Below, in pieces: positions 49,791 to 62,199 of a stretch of 64,000 bases of DNA. The stretch's first letter is position 1. Every line of letters starts with the position of its first letter. Position numbers and translations under genes: made by a program. The DNA is from Isurus oxyrinchus (lineage: Eukaryota). The notes under the pieces were generated by a model. It saw nothing but the letters and a program-made list of their open reading frames with translations. It was not told where the DNA came from and ran no database searches. The stretch is from NCBI GenBank assembly GCA_026770705.1, contig JANJGN010000034.1:6696001-6760000 (forward strand), read 5' to 3'.

Positions 49791-51279
49791 AAGCAGGACG
49801 AGCAGAGTACTGATAGCCCTTGGGTAAAATATAGAGATAGAACAATGTCTTGTGGGTTAAGTCGGAGACGGAGACAGTCTGAGCCACCCCACCCTCTACA
49901 TCCGCCGTACTCATCAGCTGTTTGACGTTTCTGCAACAAACATTATTTCATGAACTAGAAAGAATCCAGCAACTGTGTGAACAATTCAAAATTGTTGAAA
50001 GAACGTTAAATCCACAAGACCAAATGTTTTATTATTGCGTCCATCTTAAGGGTCGTTTTAAACGTTTTTCATGACTGTACCTTCCACGTTTGCTTAAAGT
50101 AACTTAAAGAGTACACGAAGGTCACAAGCAATGAAACGTTTTCTAAACAATGCATGTGGTCAAAATGCTTGGAATCTTGTTAGAGAAAACAAAAATCTCT
50201 TCGTAACACTGCAATGATGCTTGACCTCCAGGAGCTTCCTGGAAATGGTGAGACAAATGAGGTGGGCACTGCATCTTCTGCTCTTCATCAAACGTGGCAT
50301 GATATGCGCCTTGCCACTAGACCTAGCTGCTCTCTGCCCGGATGGTTGGCTGCTGCATCCGAGACAGTAAGTCTCTGATACCCAAGCACAAAAAAGGCAA
50401 GGCCGCAGCAAAATCACGCTCTGTGATGTGCGCCCTGGCCTTGATGTTGACGGGAGTATCTGCGCCATGTTAATCTTCTGAGGAGAGCATGTGCCTGTTG
50501 GATAATGAAATCCACGTTGTCAGTGACTAGACATGATGTACAATGTCATTTATAACTTTTCGTTAAAAAAGGATGTTATCCAAACTTGCTGTATTGGTAA
50601 TTACTTGCCAATGAGGTGCGTGTTGTCATACCATGAATTAGGGGCAATCTGAACTCACATGTAAAACAGTTGTGTCTTCGGGGGAATAACTTTGCATACA
50701 GTTTGCAGTTAACACTACATGGATAGAATGAAATGTCGTGATTGGATCAGCAGCCAGTTGTCTCAGGCTGGTATTAATCCTTCCGGCTAATAGTGGTCCT
50801 GTTACCACATCAATATAATGACAGATTCACCGAATCAATCCTCAATCAAACCGTCATGTTAAAAACAACTTTAAAAATAATGGTGTATAAATGACGTGAA
50901 GGTTTTATTTGCCACTCCCATTCAATGATTTGTAATTTATTCTTCTACTAGGCGAACAGTTGAAATACATAAAAGCAGGTAAAACACTCTTCCAATTGTC
51001 TAATTTTAAGATAAAATGATATTGAATATGTGGTACCGGAAAAATAGATGATTTCAGGCAGCGTGACTATACTGATATTTATACGCTCCATGTGCTACGT
51101 CTAGAATTCTTAATCCCATCCGTCCATTAAAACCTTCTAATCATTTCTCTGTCAGGCATTTATCCAGCACCCTCACAAATGCATCTTTTTCATTTGTTCA
51201 TCTACTCAATAATTACTTAATTCCTGACAGTATACAATAACACAAATATCTACCATTCGTTGAAACACTCTTTGTTCAT

Positions 51280-51390
51280 CCGTGTGCATGTTTGAGTGTG
51301 CACGCACGTGTGTATGTGCATTTATGCGTCTGTGTGGATGTTTGGGTGCGTGTGTGTCTGCGTGTGTGTGTGTGTGAAAGAGAGAGACAG
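51280..51390. repeat. Degenerate (GT)n/(GA)n microsatellite
   Basis: Read directly from the sequence. Confidence 0.85.
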
Positions 51391-51660
51391 AGTTTATGCA
51401 TTGTGCATGTCTGCTTTGAAATAAAAAAAAGATTAAAATCAAAACAATTATGTATTTTACGATGTAAGATTATTATTTTATCGATATATTTTCAGCATTG
51501 ATGAGAAGATGAGTTACACTGCAACAGAATTGTTCATATTCAGAGGGCTTGGTAACGATTGTACTTTCACTAATGATTGAGCCAACCTCGACTAGTAAAG
51601 GAAACGACTTCCACGTGTGTAAGCCTCCACATGTTATTTTTGCAATTACATATTAGTGGC

Positions 51661-51695
51661 CTCTCTCTCTCTCTCTCTCTCCCCCTCTCTATCTC
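51661..51695. repeat. (CT)n microsatellite
   Basis: Read directly from the sequence. Confidence 0.9.
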
Positions 51696-52159
51696 ACAAA
51701 ATAGTTAGTAAATATTTTCGAATGTGAAACTCATGATCTCTTTATATACTTAAATTTGTGCCCGATGCCGCGCCAATTTGGAGTACAGAGAGATATGCAA
51801 ATAGATTCACTGAGCGTTGAATTAGTGTCCTTGCTGTGAGTAACATTTTAACTCAAAAATGAATGAGGATTGCTTTCGTTCATTATTGATCTTTAGATTT
51901 CTTCTAATGTTTAATTCCATTCGCTGGTGACTGTTCATATTTTGAGTCTTATTGAGGAGACAGAAAGCTGGCATTGCATCGCTTTGTTGAATCAATAACA
52001 AGTTAAATAATCAAATGCCTAAACGAGGTTAGTCAGGAATGGTGGAGCATGTGATGTTTTTATCTGGGCTATGTAAGAGTCTGTTTTCCACGTTTTGTCC
52101 AAGAACAACGGCATTTTTTGCCAAAGCTTGAGCACATTAGGTTCAGAGTTCAAGAGTAA

Positions 52160-52385
52160 AGAAAATGCAATTTCTGGAAGCCTGATTTATTAAAGAGAGA
52201 CAACGCCGGAAATTCTCAAGAGAACAGCAGCATTTTTGTAGAGAGAAAAAAAAGAGCTAATGTTTCAGGTCAATCAGAGGTAATTAGTTGAAAGGACACA
52301 GACCACAAAGTTCAAAGTCTATTTCGTCTCCAGCGATGCTGCTCAAAATGATGCGTGCGTCCATATTTTTTTGCTTCTGTTTGAA
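52160..52385. mobile_element. Highly decayed inverted pair of Penelope pLTR-like tails
   Basis: The left arm cagcagcatttttgtagagag..agagctaatgtttcaggtc resembles a minus pLTR (compare 9481-9530). The right arm gaaaggacacagacc..gtctccagcgatgctgc resembles a plus pLTR. Confidence 0.45.
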
Positions 52386-52899
52386 ATCAGAGTTGTGAAG
52401 GTCCAATCATGACTGTAGAGCAAGCAGAAGCTTGAAAATTACATGTTTCTTTCACAAAGAGACAGTCATATTTGTGTGTCAGTTAGAAAATTAAATTTTT
52501 TCATTTTCAACAGCAGCAGTGTGTCAGTGTGCATCCTGCAGAGAGTGGAATTATCATGCAATCACGAATGCATTCGACAGTGAATTTGATCATATTGTAC
52601 GCTAGACTTCCTACTATGATTGTACAGAAAGTACAGAATTGGCGACTGGACACGCTGTCTGTGATATGTTTATGTCCTTAAAGTGAGTGGAGTAAAAATC
52701 AAATTTGGAATTGAGGGACGCCAGCATAGGCTCGTGTGTGCATACTGTTCCTTTCAGCCACGTTTTGTAGTACTGATATTTGTGTCGCCTACCCAGAGAA
52801 AAAATTAAAGGCATCTCCTCGTTTATGCAGTTGAAATTTCTGAGGGAGAGTAGCTAGATTCCCAATTGGCTTCGTGCAGATGGAAAGCTACAAAACTAT

Positions 52900-53250
52900 G
52901 AATGAAATTCCGCTGAGAGAGTATGGGGAGGGAAGGTCAAAATTAAAAGTTACCTGAGCCACATGCCAAAGGGATCACACCAACTAACTGGCAGAATTAG
53001 GTATGAGCAATAAATTTGATGATGTAGCATTCGATGCCCACGTGCTATGAAATAATACGAAAAAAATAAGGGAATTGCTACAAGAGTGGAGTAAGTGGAA
53101 GGGGATTCGACTGTTTGAGCATTAGCACCAGAATGGAGAAAAGAGTGAACTGATCCATCGTGAAGGACGCAAAGAAGAAAGGTTCTCTTCAATGTTCTGG
53201 AGAATCACGTGACTAGGGCGACATTCAGTTTTGTTATCCCGGCTAATTTT
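52900..53250 (+). mobile_element. Highly decayed CR1 ORF1 (esterase) fragment
   Basis: ttacctgagccacatgccaaa and gaaggggattcgactgtttgagcattagcaccag parallel ctaactgagccacaagcaaa and gaggggtttgagttcacggggaactggaaacag at 35044-35157. Confidence 0.4.
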
Positions 53251-54881
53251 AGGACTGGTCAAACCAGGCTCCTGAATAGACCGGGGTTCATCGGCCCTAT
53301 TGATTAATTTTCTTTGCTTAGAGACATGGATGACAGCTACTGAACAAAGTAATATGAATCACATGATGCACCTTTAGCAGGAGATTTAAAAACTTATTCA
53401 GCAAGTCAAGGTGACTTATATTACAATACGCCTTCATCCACAGCTGTACCTCTACAGATATATTGAGATTCGTAAGCATAACACAGGTTACAAATGCTGT
53501 CTTATACTCTCATTTGCACAGCAAGTGCACAGTTCATGTGAAGCAATAGGCGACCTGTGGCCAGGCACACCAGACCCTGAGAACAAGTGACAGATGCTGC
53601 CAAAAGCAGCTGCCTTTGACCACTCATCAATTCCTGCTCGACGTATTTCACCAAGTTAGCCAACTAGTCTACCTCAACTATGCCATTCATAAGAGGGTTT
53701 CCAAAATCCACTGCTTTGCACTTTTCTCCCAAACTATGGTCTCTCTTGGACGTCATCGACAAGGCTCCATCTCCAGTGATGTGATCTCTCCTTCCAGTGT
53801 ATCTTTTCACTGGATCGCCACGTGTAATCATTCTTTGTCTTCCACTCTCTCTCTCTCAGGTACTGAGCTGTGACAACATGCCCACAGTAACTAGCCACCA
53901 CCCTTTTGATGTTTCCTTGAATCGTCTGGCTTCTCACATTCTGATTTTCTTTCATCCGGTGCCCTGCATCTTTCTCTCTATACTTGCCTACTTCCTCTGT
54001 TTCTCACAATTAACTTCACTTTTAGGAATTTTTGTCCAGATTTCCGTTCCTTTCATTTCATTAGATTGTCTTCTTGAGATTCTTCCTTTCCAATGCACCC
54101 TTTGGCTCAGCGACCTTTGGATTATTTCATGATTTATTTTTTCTCTCTCTCTTCGTTACACTCTGTTGTGTGCAGCTTCTCTTGGTTCCTGGGTTCAGCT
54201 GAACTAAACATAAATCTATTTCTGTTTTTCTCTGTCTGCATGTGTCTCTCCATCTGGGCCCCTGTTGCTGGCCAACAGCACATTTTTTTCCACTTTGTGT
54301 TTGTTTTAACTTTTCTTGAAGTTTGTAAAACCTCACTAAAATTCTGGCATCTTTTGAAGTGAAACAAAAACCGAAGTTTTCCTTTGTTTAAAACGAGTAC
54401 TGAAACACAATTTAAACTTAAACTTAAAAATAACATTCCTTCCTAGACCAAGAAATACCAAGAAATATAATTCACTTAACCTATCTCTGTTGCCTAGCAT
54501 TTGATTTGAAAGCACCAGGATGGCTCAGGTATAAGGGAAAAGTGCTTTTCGAAATCATTAGATAAATTTTGGGGAAATAAAGCAATTTGATTTTATGTTT
54601 AAAGAAAATATGAGCGTGGGGGGCAAAGAAAAATGGTTTCTAATGGTACATCGAAAAATATTTCTATGGATTGAATTATAGGAAACAATTGTTGTCACCT
54701 GACTAAGTGAAGCATTTGATGTAAGCTGGCAGAGCCAGTGTCATAAGTAAAGATTTATGTTTAGATCTAGACGCCATTATGCATAGATAGGGCTACATTT
54801 CCCAAATCATCTCGAATGGGGAAAAAAATCAATGGGAAAACATACCTACTGATTTTACTGTTATGTGATTGTTCTTCTTCA

Positions 54882-55060
54882 TTCATGGGGGCGTGGCCTT
54901 CGATTGCTGGGCCAGCATTTATTGCTCATCCCTGTTTGTCCTTCATAAGGCGGTGTTGAGCTGCCTTCCTGAACAACTGCAGACCATGTGGTGTAGGCAC
55001 ATTCACAGTGTTGTTTTATGGGACGTCACATGACCACATCCAATTAAAGCTTAGTGGTAT
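54882..55060 (-). mobile_element. Old LINE 3' tail (family of 16790-17350)
   Basis: ggccagcatttattgctcatccct..aaggcggtgttgagctgccttcctgaacaactgcag matches 16814-16895. Confidence 0.7.
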
Positions 55061-55369
55061 GTTATCGGAATGCCATAATTCTGAAGAAAGTAACCCCTCC
55101 TAGGGCTGCTAATGAACCTGACTGTTTGGCCACAGTTGCACTCCAACAGCCCTATTGGGTGTGGCGTTCAATGTTGGTAATACAGGTAATCCTCATATCA
55201 CATTTGTCCAGATATGGGAACAAAGATAGGTCACAGGTTTCTTGGCAGTGAAAGGAGTGGATGGGTTGGCGTTAGTGTTGTGATGATGTTTGTGGGTGCC
55301 ACTTTGCAAAGGGAAATTTTGCAGGTAAACCCAACTAGGGAAGACATTTAGAGAACACTGGATTATGTT

Positions 55370-57034
55370 TCCAGGACTGTCACTGACCTCATCTCCTCTG
55401 GGGATCTCCCTCCCACAGCTTCCAACCTGATAGTCGCCCAACCTCGGACGGCCCGCTTCTATCTCCTACCTAAAATCCACAAACAGAACTGCCCCGGTAG
55501 ACCGATCGTCTCAGCTTGCTCCTGCCCCACAGAACTCATTTCTCGTTATCTTGACTCCCTTCTCTCTCCCCTTGTCCAGTCCCTTCCCACCTACATCCGT
55601 GATTCCTCTGACACCTTACGTCACATCAACAATTTCCAGTTCCCTGGCTCCAACCGCTTCCTCTTCACCATGGACGTCCAATCCCTCTACACCTCCATCC
55701 CCCACCAGGATGGTCTGAGGGCCCTTAGCTTCTTCCTCGAACAGAGGCCAGAACAATCCCCATCCACCACTACTCTCCTCCGTCTGGCTGAACTTGTTCT
55801 CACGTTGAACAATTTCTCCTTCAACTCCTCTCACTTTCTCCAAATAAAAGGTGTGGCTATGGGTACCCGCATGGGCCCCAGCTATGCCTGTCTCTTTATG
55901 GGATATGTGGAACATTCCTTGTTGCAGTCCTACCCCGGCCCCCTTCCACAACTTTTTCTCCGGTACATCGATGATTACTTCGGTGCCGCTTCATGCTCTC
56001 GTCGGGACTTGGAAAAATTTATTAATTTTGCTTCCAATCTCCACCCCTCCATCATTTTCACGTGGTCCATCTCTGACACTTCCCTTCCCTTCCTTGACCT
56101 CTCTGTCTCAATCTCTGGTGATAGACTGTCCACTAATATCCATTACAAACCCACTGACTCCCACAGCTACCTCGACTACAGCTCCTCACACCCCGCTTCC
56201 TGTAAGGACTCCATCCCATTCTCCCAGTTCCTTCGCCTTCGTCGCATCTGTTCCGATGATGCTACCTTCAAAAACGGTTCCTCTGACATGTCCTCCTTCT
56301 TCCTTAACCGAGGTTTTCCACCCACGGTCGTTGACAGGGCCCTCAACCGTGTCCGGCCATTCTCCCGCGCATCCGCCCTCACGCCTTCTCCTCCCTCCCA
56401 GAAACATGATAGGGTCCCCCTTGTCCTCACTTATCACCCCACCAGCCTCCGCATTCAAAGGATCATCCTCCGCCATTTCCGCCAACTCCAGCATGATGCC
56501 ACCACCAAACACATCTTCCCTTCACCCCCCTTATCGGCATTCCGTAGGGATCGCTCCCTCCGGGACACCCTGGTCCACTCCTCCATCACCCCCTACTCCT
56601 CAACCCCCTCCTATGGCACCACCCCATGCCCACGCAAAAGATGTAACACCTGCCCATTCACTTCCTCTCTCCTCACCGTCCAAGGGCCCAAATACTCCTT
56701 TCAAGTGAAGCAGCATTTCACTTGCATTTCCCCCAACTTAGTCTACTGCATTCGTTGCTCCCAATGTGGTCTCCTCTACATTGGAGAGACCAAACGTAAA
56801 CTGGGCGACCGCTTTGCAGAACACCTGCGGTCTGTCCGCAAGAATGACCCAAACCTCCCTGTCGCTTGCCATTTTAACACTCCACCCTGCTCTCTTGCCC
56901 ACATGTCTGTCCTTGGCTTACTGCATTGTTCCAGTGAAGCCCAACGCAAACTGGAGGAACAACACCTCATCTTCTGACTAGGCACCTTACAGCCTTCCGG
57001 TCTGAATATTGAATTCAATAACTTTAGGTCGTGA
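55370..57034 (+). pseudogene. PLE reverse transcriptase / GIY-YIG endonuclease ORF, 5'-truncated, with one premature stop at 56975
   Basis: The frame is open from 55370: FYLLPKIHK..GRPIVS, FTMDVQSLYTSIP, QIKGVAMGTRMGP, RYIDD, LPFLD; Cys linker CPRKRCNTC; LVYCIRCSQCGLLYIGETKR..RFAEH. After the TGA at 56975 the frame continues LGTLQPSGLNIEFNNFRS* to 57034. Confidence 0.95.
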
Positions 57035-57427
57035 GCTCCCTCCCCCATCCCCACCCCCTTTCTGTTTCCCCCTTTTTTCCCCCTTTTTTTTCCCTATAAA
57101 TTTTACAGATTTTTCTTTTCCCACTTATTTTTAAATATTTTAAAATCTTTTATGCTCCCCCCACCCCCACTAGAGCTGTACTTTGAGTGTCCTACCATCC
57201 ATTCTTAATTAGCACATTCGTTTAGATAATGTCACCAACTTTAACTTTAACACCTATGTGTTCTTTTGTCCCATTGTCACTGACATCTTTTGATGATCTG
57301 CTTCTATCACTGCTTGTTTGTCTACACAAGCACCTCTGTCTCTCTCTCTCTCTCCGCCCCCCCCCCCCCCCCAACCTACACACCTTAAACCAGCTTATAT
57401 TTCAACTCTTTCCTGGACTCGAAATCA

Positions 57428-57466
57428 AGTTCTGTCGAAGGGTCATGAAGACTCGAAATGTCAACT
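57428..57466 (+). ncRNA. Minimal type I hammerhead ribozyme fold (copy E)
   Basis: AGUU CUGUCGA A GGGUC AUGAA GACUC GAA AUGU C^ AACU. The stem III palindrome has changed ACGU>AUGU (CpG transition). Predicted cut after 57462. Confidence 0.75.
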
Positions 57467-60279
57467 CTTTTCTTCTCCGCCGATGCTGCCAGACCTGCTG
57501 AGTTTTTCCAGGTAATTCTGTTTTTGTACTGGATTATGAAAGATGGCCTGTGATGGATGAGACCGGGAACATTACAGCATGATATCCGAGCAGTTGTACC
57601 TAATGAGCTTTCCCTCAACCTCGTCCCTGACCTCCTGCTGCTGGCTTGACATTCAGAACCTGGAGCAAAGCAGTGCATAAATCGTCAGCAAATAAGCAGT
57701 GGTTGTGTTTCCGGCACAATGAGTCGACTTCACTCGGAAAATATTAGAGAGTCCTTGGGCTGGTGAGAACGAGGTTCAAATTTCTGCTATGGATTTTACA
57801 GGATTCCCCGCTGCATTCCAGCGAAATGAGGTGGGAGGTTTTGAGACATTGTGTCAAAACGATGAAGCAGCATAACATTCCTTAAGGCGAAACAGAATGG
57901 AACACATCGACATAATCAGGCATAAATGTTGCCATAATAACAGAGCTCAGAACGGATCTTCGTTCAAAGGTACAGAAAAATAAATAACTAGGGTGCAGAA
58001 CAAGACGAAAATGTTTCAAAAAACCCTGGCGAGAGCAATTTTGGACATCAATTACTATTCAGGCCAACTGCCACATCATTAATAAAGAAATAATTGCAGT
58101 TTGAAAGAAAGGGAATGTAACAATTCTGGAACGATTTGAACTTCACATGAACTGAACACATCAATTTGCCAAAAAAATACATCTGAAATGTAATGACTAA
58201 TACATTGTACACCCACTTAGAGATGAAGATGTCTTAGAATTAGTATTCCTCAATGACGCATTTTAATTTGCTAACTCAGAGGAGAAGACCTTGGCAAACG
58301 GTTGTCAAAACAGATAATGTATATTATATAAAAGCTGTTCTTAATTTTGCATTTTTAGTTTATTCTTTGAGTTATGGTGCTCTCTGCTTTGTCACACATT
58401 GGTCATGCTTTGTTTTTTTAAATTTTGTTTTGTTTCATGTAGTTTTCAACTCTCTCTAGGTTCCTTTATTTCTTTCCATCTTCCTTTGATGCCCCAAAGT
58501 CATTTTGTTCCAAACGAGAAGCCGAATTTCTGATTGTACTGAAATATTGCTAGTAAGGTTTTTGATTTTAGCAGCTGTCTAATGGACAGTAAACATTTTT
58601 TTTCAAGTCATTCGCGTCTCCTTTAAAAACTTAGATGCAGTTGTCTGAGTCATTTTTGCGAGAATTATTCATTTTGTCCAATCCAAGTCATACCCTGGCG
58701 GGAAAAACTGCATGTTCAATCGGCAAATTTAGAACCAAATAAACAATTAGCAGGACTGGAAACTAAGCCACATTTCAAATAGTTGTCTGCCAGGGAATGG
58801 CTGAATGTTTTCCATAAAAACTGTGCAATAATGCATATTGATTGAGCATAATCCCTGAAGAGATATTCATATCAAGGGCCAATATGAGTGACTGTGCTGT
58901 CCCCACCTTTCTATGGATAGAAATTCACTTACCATCTTCAGTGGAAAAAAATATATTGATACTATATCACCAAACAATAAGCTTCTACCCTTTCCTGCAT
59001 GCTCCCTCTCTCAGCAGACATGGGCGAAACGAGCATAATGAGCTCGGATGTAATTTCTTGGATGGATATCATTTGATATTACAGATGCTAATCTTCTTTT
59101 CACAATTGGAACAGTCAGCTTCTACATGTCCGATTTATGACACAAACAACTGTCTGCCCTTTGGAACCAAACTTGTCTCAAAACGTCTCTACTAAGTACA
59201 TCCACTGTACCAATGCCAGCTTCCTGACAACAGTCATATTGTTTTTCACTATAAAACTTTTTACCTCTCCAAGATCTCTGGTAATTTCGAAATAGGTGCC
59301 ATGTGTCGAAGTGCTCATGACCCAAGTCATAAGGACATTAAATTACTGTGACTTCACTTAAGATATGACATGTTTGCTTTTGTAGGTATGAAATCATTCT
59401 TTAAAGGACAGTAGATTTTTTGAATCGTTCCATCAGAATCATTTCCCTAAGGAAATCAACATTTCCTGAATCTTTAATCCATGTATACCTCAGATCCTGA
59501 CCGTCTATCCATGAAACAACACAATCTATCAATACATTTTCTTTTAAAATTAGTAACTTACATTCTGTGAGCCACCAGCCCAATTGATGAGCATTTCCAA
59601 GGGTATTCCTTAATATGTCATAGTCGGTTTAGTGCTTTTCTGAACAGGTCTCAGGTTTTCCATATTACGGCACTCTGCATTTGCATGGTATAAATTCTCT
59701 GTAGCGTTTAAGGTTGGTGGCAGTTTCTCAAAGGCCTCAAAATACATCTATCATCCTTCCTAAATAAATGCAGGTACAAATTCAATAAAGATCATGAAAC
59801 CAAAACCATCAGGGCTTTCATACATTTAATCTGCACCGGTCACCGCCAGTGTACGTTCCAATCATCAGAATGCTTCGCACACAAATTACTTGTTATCTCT
59901 TCACTCCTTTCTTACCGCATCCTTTCACTTGGGAGTACATCTTCTCTTCTCTCGTACTCTTGCATTTCTTTCTGTTCCATGTTGAATGCCTCCACTTAGA
60001 GTTGTCTCGTTCAGTGCACTTCTTTACCTGGATAATAAATGGGGGAAATTGCATCTTCAGTTATTCACAGTAACGTGGGCCCTGCACAAATGGGCTCTCA
60101 TCGCACTGCCAAGGCCATCTCCGAGAATCCCGTGGCACGCACAGCCTACAGCCACCCCACAATACTACCCCCACCTCCACACCTAGCTCCATCACTTTGC
60201 ATTATGTCAGAATAGGTGCGAATTAGTTATTATTAGCCTGTAAGGCTGACAAGTAGTTATGTGACACAAGGTTCTCTGC

Positions 60280-61560
60280 TGATGACTCGGCTGTTTATAA
60301 TGAAATTTAATGACATAAAGGTAGAGACTGGAAAATATATCTGTACTTTTTTTTTACATTGCCAATCTGTGTGGACATAAGGATTACACAAAGAAGCCGC
60401 AAAGACAAAATGAAAGCTGAAGTGCATGGGAAACAGGATGGAGTATATTGTGAACTGTGAGGATATTCCCTTCGACAGTAAGAATAGAAGAGGGAAAAAT
60501 AGAAATGTTGATAGGTTTTCAGGACTTGAAGTTTGCTAGTAATGATTTTGACAAATATTCAGTCTTTTTCGGAAATGCATCTGAAAGTTCCCATTCTAAT
60601 AAACAAACAAGGAATTTCAAGGAATAAATTTTTATTCCATTTGATACAAGGGATTGGCATGCAAAAATAAAGAAAATTGGCTCCAATTGTATCATATTAC
60701 CTTGACCAAGGTGTGCTTTAATAATGCGGCCAAGCCGGCTGAGCAGGAATATGGTAACCATTTCATCAGATGCCAATCGCTACTGTTAAGTGTGGGAGAG
60801 TTTCCTACTCAGCCATACGTTGAAAAGAATAGCGGAGTCTCTGCCACAACTATACATAGCACCGGATTACTACATTCGTGTTCAATTTCTGTAGCCACAT
60901 CAGCCCCATCGGTTATAGATGCACTTGGCTAGCCAGTGTGTGTCACGTTGGTGCCAACGGTGTCCGACAGTCTTCATGTCTCAAGAGAAATTGGTAACTG
61001 TTTCCTTCGTCTACCCGTGGAGGAGGTCTTGGTGATGGTGGTCGCACCTGCCTCATACAAACGAAATAAAAACAAAGACGATGCTTGTATTGGAGGCTGC
61101 ACGGTGAAAGCTCTCACTAATGTATTGCAGAATGAGAATGTTCATTTTCTTCCAAAATTAAGCCTATACTCTCTGGGCATCAGAAGGATGGGAGGTGATA
61201 ACACTAAAAGAATAACGATTGTTGAAAGCATTAAACCACAGTGAGTGAACAGGCTGAACGGGGAATTTTTGAATACAGAGGCACGGCGTTAAAATAGCAA
61301 TTTTAGCTTTTGGGATTGAGGTGAGACGAAATGTCTTCACTCTAAGGTTTTTGAAACAGTACAATTCCCCACCTAGATTGATGTAATTGCTCAGTATTCA
61401 TGCATATTTATGTCCGTGGTGCCAAAAGATTTGATCTATCTGTGAAACAAGGAACATAGGCATTGTGTTGAAGAGTGAAGTGAGTGTGTCCGTTCAGCAG
61501 CTATGATAATTAATTGAGAAGGCCGAAGGGGCTGCATGATCTATTCCCTTTCATTCTTCT
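60280..61560 (+). mobile_element. Highly decayed CR1-group LINE fragments, interrupted at about 60790-61090
   Basis: gctgatgact (ADD) near 60280, degenerate post-RT motifs, and a CR1-like 3' tail gaaggggctgcatgatctattcc at about 61526-61548. Boundaries are approximate. Confidence 0.4.
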
Positions 61561-62199
61561 TTTAAGCTTTTGAGACAGAAAATTGCAAGACAGAGAATGA
61601 CACGATTAAAAGCATAATTGTTTGATTTGTTTTTAGAATTAAACAAGCTTAGAGAGGATCTGATAACTAAAGGTTCAGAAAAACTTATTGAATTGAATGG
61701 TTGTTTACGATGTATTTGGAATTCAGGAACGTCAACTTAACAAGCCCTGCCTGAAGGAAAGAGAAGTGAACGTAATTGAAGGGGCGGGGGTGTTGGTGCA
61801 GGTGGCAGGCCAGTCCTTAAAACCTAGAATCCCGATCTGGAACCAAAGACTAATTTAAAACATTTTTTTTATAAGGAAGGCCCAACCTCACTCCGCCAGC
61901 CCCAAACCGTTTGTGAGGGTTCATTTTCTGCTTTATGGACATCTTGCACTCTCTCCTAAACTTTTTATCGGTTTTCAGTTCGCTCGTGAAATATAATTAT
62001 TTTTGGGGATGTTTACGTGTGCCTCCACCGTTACCTTTGTTACTGTCCAAATTCACTTTACTATCCGGCAAGGAGTTATTGTTCTCACACAGGTTAGGCT
62101 GAAGAAGAGAATTGCCCAGCCCCACACCCACCACCCCACCACCCTCCGCCCATAGCTGACCTACCCCAGAGAACAACACAGAACATAATTTTCTCTTTT

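Larger units (their letters stand above)
55368..57527 (+). mobile_element. 5'-truncated Penelope-like retroelement (Neptune-type) with an 11-bp TSD
   Basis: TSD actggattatg at 55357-55367 and 57528-57538. Contains an RT + GIY-YIG ORF, a pyrimidine-rich 3' UTR and a pLTR at 57415-57527. Confidence 0.96.

Noticed and set aside
55851-56708. 285-aa Pro/Ser-rich overlapping ORF and antisense ORFs inside the PLE
   Set aside because: Explained by the strong C/T bias of the RT ORF, which depletes stop codons in shifted frames; no recognisable motifs.
55670-56977. 435-aa ORF as a complete functional gene
   Set aside because: The ATG is internal to RT motif A, the frame is open upstream to the truncation point, and the stop is premature.
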